NCBI GenBank assembly: GCA_964534675.1
Contig: CAZHQZ010000002.1
Location: 1 to 32,189 of the forward strand
DNA from: an uncultured Pseudomonadales bacterium
Lineage (GTDB): Bacteria > Pseudomonadota > Gammaproteobacteria > Pseudomonadales > UBA7239
Length of the DNA: 32,189 nucleotides
Reading direction: 5' to 3'
Shown here: positions 1 to 6,435 of the stretch, piece by piece
How positions within the stretch are numbered: the stretch's first letter is position 1
Layout of the letters: each line of letters starts with the position of its first letter
The notes under the pieces: generated by a model
Databases searched by the model: none
Seen by the model: only the letters and a program-made list of their open reading frames with translations
What the model was told of the DNA's origin: nothing
Position numbers and translations under genes: made by a program

Positions 1-167
1 GCGAATATTTTGCCACGCGTGCACAAGCCATGGCGGCGGTGTTCGAGTACATCGACATCTACTACAATCGACAGCGCCTGCATTCGTCGCTGGGCTATCT
101 CAGCCCAGAAGCGTTTGAGGCAAAAAAAGTCTCTTAGCAAATTGCACGAGAAAGGTTGGCAAGATCA
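1..167 (+). mobile_element. IS3-family insertion sequence, right end only (window starts inside the element)
   Basis: The transposase C-terminus ends at 137. About 30 bp later the element terminates ...GGTTGGCAAGATCA at 167, which reads TGATCTTGCC... inward. The same terminus recurs inverted at 18419 and 24261, and weakly at 12410. Confidence 0.8.
3..137 (+). CDS. IS3-family transposase OrfB, C-terminal fragment (5' part outside window)
   Basis: Frame-3 translation gives EYFATRAQAMAAVFEYIDIYYNRQRLHSSLGYLSPEAFEAKKVS*. This is the conserved extreme C-terminus (YYN-x-R-x-HSSLGY-x-SP) of IS3-family DDE transposases. Confidence 0.85.
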   Translation, partial: EYFATRAQAMAAVFEYIDIYYNRQRLHSSLGYLSPEAFEAKKVS

Positions 168-377
168 AAGGCATTTAGAAGTGCCTATAATGACTTTGTT
201 GTAAAAATTCATAGAAGAAAACTAACAGAAAAAGACCTATATTCTGTAAAACCGAAAGGGAAGCTATCAGAGCTGCAAATAGAATCCATAAAGTCATTTT
301 CTGTTTGGGGCTTTTATTTGTCGCTTGCGATTCTTGTATATGTTACCAAGCTATTAGTTCTTGAAAATGCAACATAA
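156..377 (+). CDS. Hypothetical small protein with a C-terminal hydrophobic helix; possibly the 3' remnant of a gene truncated by the IS
   Basis: 73-codon ORF. Its only in-frame start is a TTG inside the IS terminal repeat. The C-terminal segment FSVWGFYLSLAILVYVTKLLVL looks transmembrane. No recognisable family and no ATG. Confidence 0.2.
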   Translation: MARSKAFRSAYNDFVVKIHRRKLTEKDLYSVKPKGKLSELQIESIKSFSVWGFYLSLAILVYVTKLLVLENAT

Positions 378-514
378 CAAGTCGATCAAGGCGTTCGCTA
401 CGCTCACTAGGACAGTCCAAATCGGCGCTCTTCGCATTATCGCGCTAGTTTGTCCTGCTCCTTAGCTCGGTGTTATACGCCATCAAACTCCTCAGCCACA
501 TTCACAGGCCTTTT

Positions 515-1948
515 ATGACTCTAGTAAAAAATGCTTTTCTCCGGGATGTTGGGAAAGAACTAATAGAGGAAAACGTAGCAATATTTGCTGGTGCCGGCAT
601 GTCGGCTGGGGCAGGCTTTGTCAATTGGTCAGAGCTTCTCCGGCCAATCGCTGAAGAGCTTGGGCTAAACATCGAACGTGAAACCGACCTGGTGGCGTTA
701 GCGCAATTTCATTGCAACGATAACGCGAACAATCGTAGCCAGCTTAATCAGCGTCTTATCGAAGAGTTTTCTCGCGAGGCGCATGAAACAGAGAATCATA
801 AAATCCTTAGCCGTTTGCCAATCCGTACTTACTGGACAACGAACTACGACAAAATCATTGAAACATCGCTCGACAGATCCGGCAAGATTGTTGACGTTAA
901 GTATACAAAAGATCACCTATCTACAACGAAGCCGCGAAGGGATGCTGTCTTATATAAAATGCATGGTGATGTAGACCATCCAAATAATGCTGTTTTGACG
1001 AAAGATGATTATGAAAAATATCACGTCAAAATGGATCAATATATTGCCAACTTAAAAGGCGATTTGATCTCAAAGACTTTCGTCTTTATTGGCTTTAGCT
1101 TCACAGACCCAAATTTAGATTACATTTTGAGCCGCGTTCGTGTTGCTTATGAAGGTAGCCAAAGGCGACACTATTGCTTTATCAAGCGAGTTGAACAACA
1201 ACGCGATGAGGATAAAGCTGATTTTGATTATCGCGCCAAGAAGCAAGAATTCTTCGTAAAAGACCTTGCAAGATTTAATATTAAGACGGTACTTGTAGAT
1301 GATTACGATGAAATCACAAAGCTACTAGCACAGCTGGAGGTCAACTATAAGTCAAAAACCGTTTTTATTTCTGGCGCTGCATGCGAGTATTCTCCTATTT
1401 CAGAAAAAGACGCATTGCGTTTTGTTTATGATCTCAGTCGTGCGCTGGTGGCTCAAGGAGTGCGCATTGTTTCTGGGTTTGGACTTGGTGTAGGCAGCTC
1501 AGTGATTTCTGGGGCGCTTGAAGAAACCTTTAAAACCGCGAAAGCCAAGATTGATGATGCTCTCGTTTTGCGGCCATTTCCGCAATCAACCGAGGGGGAT
1601 ATTCCGCTGCCAGCTCTTTGGACTCAATATCGTGAAGACATGATCGAGCGAGCGGGTATCGCATTATTTTTATTTGGAAACAAGCTTTCTGGAAGCAATA
1701 TCATTCTTTCAAATGGAATGAGGGAGGAGTACGCGATTGCTAAAGAGCGGGGGTTATTTTTGATTCCAATAGGGGCTACCGGCTATATGGCAGAGGAGCT
1801 TTGGACGGAAGCGAATGCTGAAATTCAATCAAATTCAGATATTTCTAGCGAAACAAAGATGCTTTTTGAAAAGCTAGGAGATAAATCAATTCCATTGAAC
1901 GAAATTATAGATGTCGTACTAAAAATTATTAATTCAAGGGAGAGGTAA
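515..1948 (+). CDS. thsA: Thoeris ThsA: N-terminal SIR2-like NADase domain plus C-terminal SLOG ligand-binding domain
   Basis: Motifs AIFAGAGMS, HKILSRLPIRTYWTTNYDKIIE, AVLYKMHGDVDHP and FVFIGFSFTDPNLDYILSRVR are SIR2 Rossmann/catalytic Asn and His motifs. The C-terminal half (TVFISGAA...VSGFGLGVGSSVISGALEE...RPFPQ) is SLOG-like. The protein is collinear with Bacillus ThsA as I recall it. I chose the ATG at 515 because it gives an N-terminal length matching ThsA; the ORF-track GTG at 470 is the alternative. Confidence 0.9.
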   Translation: MTLVKNAFLRDVGKELIEENVAIFAGAGMSAGAGFVNWSELLRPIAEELGLNIERETDLVALAQFHCNDNANNRSQLNQRLIEEFSREAHETENHKILSRLPIRTYWTTNYDKIIETSLDRSGKIVDVKYTKDHLSTTKPRRDAVLYKMHGDVDHPNNAVLTKDDYEKYHVKMDQYIANLKGDLISKTFVFIGFSFTDPNLDYILSRVRVAYEGSQRRHYCFIKRVEQQRDEDKADFDYRAKKQEFFVKDLARFNIKTVLVDDYDEITKLLAQLEVNYKSKTVFISGAACEYSPISEKDALRFVYDLSRALVAQGVRIVSGFGLGVGSSVISGALEETFKTAKAKIDDALVLRPFPQSTEGDIPLPALWTQYREDMIERAGIALFLFGNKLSGSNIILSNGMREEYAIAKERGLFLIPIGATGYMAEELWTEANAEIQSNSDISSETKMLFEKLGDKSIPLNEIIDVVLKIINSRER

Positions 1949-1953
1949 CCTTC

Positions 1954-2562
1954 GTGGCTAGAAAAACATTTATTTCATATAAATATAGCGAAGCGAGCGG
2001 CGTTAGGGACAAAATTCTCAAAGCGCTAGGAGATGATGCGACCTATTATCAGGGGGAGACAGCTGATTCTCCTGATTTAACGGATACATCGACAGAAAAT
2101 ATTAAGAAAAATCTGAAAGACATGATGCATGGGACGTCAGTTACGATAGTTGTTATTTCTCCAAATCTTACAAAAAGCAAGTGGATAGATTGGGAAATAA
2201 CGTATTCACTAAAAGAAATTACAAGATCGGACAGAGCGTCGAGAACAAATGGAGTTGTGGGCGTGATAATGAAATGCAACGGTGGTTATAGCTGGTTAGT
2301 GAACAGTGAAACCAACGATGACGGATGTTCTGTGAGAACGATTGATGGAAGCTATTTGTACAAAATCATTAATAAAAATCGATACAACCTTAAAAGCGGT
2401 AATGATGCCTGCTCTCACTGTAAAACGTACAGTAGACTTGATGGATCGTATATCGCGTTGATTGAAGAAGAAACGTTCGTTGCGGATCCTGAAAAATATA
2501 TTGAAAATGCATTTGAAAAGTCCCAAAACATCGAAAACTATGAGATCACAAAAGAAGTCTGA
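1954..2562 (+). CDS. thsB: Thoeris ThsB: TIR-like (DUF1863-type) domain protein
   Basis: It starts (GTG) 5 nt after the thsA stop, behind the SD-like AAGGGAGAGG. The N-terminus KTFISYKYSE...SVTIVVISPNLTKSKWIDWEI matches the TIR-like pattern (hydrophobic strand-SY, then S-x-W-v-x-WE). Adjacency to a SIR2-SLOG gene defines type I Thoeris. Confidence 0.85.
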   Translation: MARKTFISYKYSEASGVRDKILKALGDDATYYQGETADSPDLTDTSTENIKKNLKDMMHGTSVTIVVISPNLTKSKWIDWEITYSLKEITRSDRASRTNGVVGVIMKCNGGYSWLVNSETNDDGCSVRTIDGSYLYKIINKNRYNLKSGNDACSHCKTYSRLDGSYIALIEEETFVADPEKYIENAFEKSQNIENYEITKEV

Positions 2563-2757
2563 ATGTCCGTGAAGTTGATATGGGTGTATAGCCCTTTGTG
2601 GCTCGCCACTTTCGGCGGTGGCCTGATTCCGTAGCCCGTTAGATAGAACGCAGTCGGGCTCAATGTCGCCTTGTGGCAGCGGACCGTATTTTGTCTGTCT
2701 GGGCAGCATTACTCCGCTCGCTATACAGCCCAATAGTGAGTGTTAAAACCCAGAATA

Positions 2758-2800
2758 TGGACTAAAAAGCAAAAATAAGTAATATATACACTACTTATTT
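2758..2800 (+). promoter_or_regulatory. Candidate sigma70 promoter overlapped by a 9-bp inverted repeat (possible operator) upstream of the AAA ATPase gene
   Basis: TGGACT (2758-2763), a 16-nt spacer, then TAATAT (2780-2785). The inverted repeat is AAATAAGTA (2773-2781) / TACTTATTT (2792-2800), ending 13 nt before the ATG at 2814. This is a pattern match only. Confidence 0.3.
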
Positions 2801-2813
2801 ACAGGTAACAGGT

Positions 2814-4262
2814 ATGGATATCCCCAAAACAGAGCTCTATTCCGTACTGCAGGAGTTTAATCCCTGGTGGTCCAGCCAGGCATTGGCAGATCTGCCGGAC
2901 TGGGAGCGGTCTGCGGTGGAGCAGGTGTGGCGCTGGACGCAGAACACGGATACCCGGCGCGCCCTGTTACTGAGTGGTGCCAGGCAGGTGGGCAAGACCA
3001 CCATTTTTCGCCAGACCGTGCGCCGCTTGCTGGCTGCCGGTACACCACCTACCAATATCCTCTATGCGACCTTCGACCACCCACTACTGAAGTTGGCTGG
3101 GCTGGAAAACACCCTGCGTGCCTGGGAGGAGCTGTTTCCCCAGGTGCCGGGCAGTGGCCAGCGCTGGTTGTTTCTCGATGAGATCCAGTACGTGCCGGAT
3201 TGGCAAACCTGGGTGAAGCATCAGGTGGATTTCCAGCCCACCAACCGGGTGGCCATGACCGGCTCTGCCGATCCACTGCATACCGGCTCGAAGGAATCCG
3301 GTGTCGGGCGCTGGGAGACACTGCCAGTGGCCACACTCGCGTTTGCCGAATATCTGCGCCTGCGCAAAGTCGAGGTGCCGGAGCTGCCGGAGTTCCGTTC
3401 GCTGCGTGATCTGTTTGACTGGCGTGAAGCGGATTTCGTGCTCACGGCCCGGCAGGCACGCCCGTTGACGGCGCACTTTCATGAATACCTGCTGCGTGGC
3501 GGCTTCCCGGAGCCGGCGCTCGCCAATGACCTGACCCGTTGCCAGCGCCTGTTGCGTGAAGACATTGTGGAAAAAGTGCTGAAGCGCGACATGACAGCCA
3601 TTTACAACGTGCGGCGCGTGCTGGAAGTGGAAAAGATTTTTCTCTACCTCTGCTACCACGATGGCGGCATTCTCGACATCCCGACCCTGACCCAGCAGCT
3701 CGACGGCGTGAATCGCACGCTCGCGCTCAACTTTCTGGATCTGTTTGAATCCACCCACTTGATTTATCGCCTCAAACCGCACGGTTATGGCAAGGAAGTG
3801 CTGCGCGGCCGCGACAAGGTGTACTTGGCTGATGCTGCCTTGCCCGGTGCAATGATGTTGCTGGGCCGTAAATTGCTGGAACAGCCGGAGCGCCTGGGTG
3901 CTGCGGTGGAAACAGCCTTTTTCAAGCATGTTTACACGCGGTTCTATGATCGCACACCGCAGTTTTCCTACTGGCAAGACAAGAAAAACCGCGACGTGGA
4001 AGTGGATCTGATTGCGCAGATGGGTGAGCGCATTGTGCCGTTTGAAGTGAAATACCACGATGCCGAAGTGTCTGCCAAGCGGCTGAAAGGCTTGCGCCTG
4101 TTCATGGAGCAGCAACAGGTGGATGAAGGCTATGTGATTACGCAGCGCTGGGAAGATTTCAAGATGTTCAGCGTGCCTTCTGCACGCAAGGGCGAAGACA
4201 CCACCATTGGCCGCGTGGTTTCCATTCCCGCGCCACTCGCTTGTTACTGGTTATCTGCATGA
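2814..4262 (+). CDS. AAA+ ATPase of the COG1373 / DUF4143 type
   Basis: Walker A LLLSGARQVGKTT and Walker B WLFLDEIQYVPDW. The ~480-aa length and the C-terminal region with VDLI...VPFEVKY resemble the restriction-endonuclease-like DUF4143 module. The stop overlaps the hsdS start (ATGA at 4259-4262). Confidence 0.75.
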   Translation: MDIPKTELYSVLQEFNPWWSSQALADLPDWERSAVEQVWRWTQNTDTRRALLLSGARQVGKTTIFRQTVRRLLAAGTPPTNILYATFDHPLLKLAGLENTLRAWEELFPQVPGSGQRWLFLDEIQYVPDWQTWVKHQVDFQPTNRVAMTGSADPLHTGSKESGVGRWETLPVATLAFAEYLRLRKVEVPELPEFRSLRDLFDWREADFVLTARQARPLTAHFHEYLLRGGFPEPALANDLTRCQRLLREDIVEKVLKRDMTAIYNVRRVLEVEKIFLYLCYHDGGILDIPTLTQQLDGVNRTLALNFLDLFESTHLIYRLKPHGYGKEVLRGRDKVYLADAALPGAMMLLGRKLLEQPERLGAAVETAFFKHVYTRFYDRTPQFSYWQDKKNRDVEVDLIAQMGERIVPFEVKYHDAEVSAKRLKGLRLFMEQQQVDEGYVITQRWEDFKMFSVPSARKGEDTTIGRVVSIPAPLACYWLSA

Positions 4263-5605
4263 GCTTTTCTCGTTATCCCGAATACAAAGACAGCGGCGTG
4301 GAATGGCTGGGGGAAGTGCCAGAGCATTGGACTTCTGTTGCCATTAAATACATGGCAACAGACGAAAAATCTATTTTTATTGATGGAGACTGGATTGAAA
4401 GCAAGGATATTTCTGGAAATGAAATAAGATACATAACAACCGGAAATGTTGGTGAAGGAAAATATAAAGAACAAGGATCAGGATATATTTCTAGCGAAAA
4501 GTTTTATGAGTTGAATTGCACCGAAGTATTCCCAGGTGACATTTTAATTTCTAGGCTTAACCCTCCAATCGGAAGATCTTGCCTTGTTCCAGATCTTGAA
4601 AGTCGGATAGTGACATCAGTTGACAATGTTATATTCAGGCCTGATAGCTGTTACTCGCGAGACTATCTTATCTATCTTTTTTCATGCCCGGAATACTTTG
4701 AACATACGGGGAATATAGCTCGCGGTGCAACAATGCAGAGAATCAGCAGGGGTCTGCTTGGAAACATTCGAGTCGTTACGCCGCCAATAGCCGAGCAAAA
4801 CTCTATTGCTGCATTTCTGTATCAAGAAACCGCCAAAATCGACACGCTCATTGCCGAGCAAGAACAACTCATCGCCCTGCTGAAAGAAAAGCGCCAGGCC
4901 GTTATTTCCCATGCCGTGACCAAAGGGCTTGATCCCAACGTCAAGATGAAGGATTCAGGAATTGAGTGGCTGGGGGAAGTGCCGGTGCATTGGGGGGTTC
5001 TGCCACTGAAATACTTTGCCAGCTTTTCAGGCGGCGGCACGCCAAGCAGAGAAAATCTCAGCTACTGGAACGGCGATATCCCTTGGGTATCTCCTAAAGA
5101 CATGAAGAGCGAGAGAATTATTGGCGCCGAGGAATGTATTACGGAAGTTGGCTTATCTAATAGCTCCTCGTCCTTGCTCCCGGCCGATAGAGTTCTAATG
5201 GTGGTGCGATCTGGAATTCTACAGCACACCATTCCTGTAGCTATCAATGATGTTCCTGTGGCCTTGAATCAGGATATGAAAGCCATTTTGTTTAAGGAAG
5301 GAAGTTGTTTAAGTGATTTTTTCTTTCGTTGGGTGCAGGGATTAAATAGTGTGCTTTTGCTGGCTTGGGCAAAGCAAGGCGCTACGGTAGAAAGTATTGA
5401 GCAGGCATATCTTGCCAATACAGTATTCCCACTTCCTCCCATTGAGGAACAAAAAGCGATAATAAAATTTATCAATCAGCAGGTCGATATGTTCGATGAG
5501 CTAACGGCTGAAGCTGTGCGAGGAATTGAATTGCTCAAAGAGCGCCGCAGTGCGCTGATTTCGGCGGCGGTGACGGGGAAAATTGATGTGAGGGGTTCAG
5601 CATGA
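4259..5605 (+). CDS. hsdS: Type I restriction-modification specificity subunit HsdS (two target-recognition domains)
   Basis: An internally duplicated conserved motif precedes each TRD: DSGVEWLGEVPEHW at the N-terminus and DSGIEWLGEVPVHW mid-protein. The central conserved region is LIALLKEKRQAVISHAVTKGL and the C-terminal one is LLKERRSALISAAVTGKIDV. Both are typical HsdS coiled-coil spacers. Confidence 0.9.
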   Translation: MSFSRYPEYKDSGVEWLGEVPEHWTSVAIKYMATDEKSIFIDGDWIESKDISGNEIRYITTGNVGEGKYKEQGSGYISSEKFYELNCTEVFPGDILISRLNPPIGRSCLVPDLESRIVTSVDNVIFRPDSCYSRDYLIYLFSCPEYFEHTGNIARGATMQRISRGLLGNIRVVTPPIAEQNSIAAFLYQETAKIDTLIAEQEQLIALLKEKRQAVISHAVTKGLDPNVKMKDSGIEWLGEVPVHWGVLPLKYFASFSGGGTPSRENLSYWNGDIPWVSPKDMKSERIIGAEECITEVGLSNSSSSLLPADRVLMVVRSGILQHTIPVAINDVPVALNQDMKAILFKEGSCLSDFFFRWVQGLNSVLLLAWAKQGATVESIEQAYLANTVFPLPPIEEQKAIIKFINQQVDMFDELTAEAVRGIELLKERRSALISAAVTGKIDVRGSA

Positions 5606-6423
5606 AGCACACGCTGAGCTTGCTTGAAAATGCGATGGACAGCCTGGCAGAGGCTCTGAAAAAGTATGAGGAAGGCGAGGGTGGAGAAAGCAAGGCATAT
5701 AAATTTGCCGTCCTTCATATGTCCCACTTTGTTGAGTTGATCTTCAAATACCACATATCAAACAAGCATCATCTTCTTATATATAAAAATCCATTCTCAG
5801 AAAAAATTGATAAAAACATAACAATAGGGCTATGGGAGGCAATAAATTTTATTTCTAATGAAGGCGAGTCGGATCTTGGTGCGCAATTTAAATCCGACTT
5901 GCGGTGGCTGAAGAAACTAAGGAATGACATTGAGCATCACAAGTTTGAGATGGATGTGAATGAGGTAAGGGTTTCACTTGGTAGATTGTTTAGTGCGCTT
6001 GTCGAGTTTATAGAGGCAGAGGAGTCGCTTGAAATCAAGAATCATATCCCTGCGGAAACATGGGAAACATTCAAAACATTGTCAGATGAGTACGCGTTCA
6101 AGCTGAAAGACGCTATAAAAGAGGCTGATAGAATTGAGGAAGAGAACACTCCTGCCTATGATTCTGGGGAATACAGAACAATTAGAGTTATCTGTGAGAA
6201 TTGTGGCAACCCGACAATGGTGGTTAATCCTGAATCAGACGGCGGATTCAAATGTACATTTTGCGGCAGTGATGAGGGAGATAATCTTCCCGCTTTCTGC
6301 GATATGTGCGGAGCTGAATCAACAGTCGAAGAAATGGATTATTGGCGCGATGAGGAAACGGGTGGCGTTGAAACCCGCTGTTATTACTGTTCTGGCCGAT
6401 ATTTCATGGAAAAAGATGACTAG
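5602..6423 (+). CDS. Uncharacterised protein: N-terminal helical HEPN-like domain (Rx4H motif) plus C-terminal double zinc ribbon (4 x CxxC)
   Basis: ATGA overlap with the hsdS stop (5602-5605). The LRNDIEHH motif (R107...H112, nt 5920-5937) fits the HEPN Rx4-6H RNase signature and resembles the RNxxxH of HepT/DUF86. Cys pairs at C198/C201, C218/C221, C233/C236 and C260/C263 (nt 6193-6390). I do not recognise a named family. Confidence 0.6.
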   Translation: MKHTLSLLENAMDSLAEALKKYEEGEGGESKAYKFAVLHMSHFVELIFKYHISNKHHLLIYKNPFSEKIDKNITIGLWEAINFISNEGESDLGAQFKSDLRWLKKLRNDIEHHKFEMDVNEVRVSLGRLFSALVEFIEAEESLEIKNHIPAETWETFKTLSDEYAFKLKDAIKEADRIEEENTPAYDSGEYRTIRVICENCGNPTMVVNPESDGGFKCTFCGSDEGDNLPAFCDMCGAESTVEEMDYWRDEETGGVETRCYYCSGRYFMEKDD

Positions 6424-6435
6424 CTTGGGTGCGGC

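Noticed and set aside
2563-2740. Possible 3' remnant of a deleted hsdM
   Set aside because: I translated the stretch in the forward frames and looked at the minus-strand ORF 2296-2733. I saw no methyltransferase-like or otherwise familiar sequence. A nucleotide search could still overturn this.
3084-4115. 343-codon minus-strand ORF inside the AAA ATPase gene, plus overlapping short ORFs at 2837-3445
   Set aside because: It is antisense to a gene with clear Walker A/B motifs. The translation is Gln/His/Arg-rich with no recognisable domain. This is a GC-rich-region artefact.
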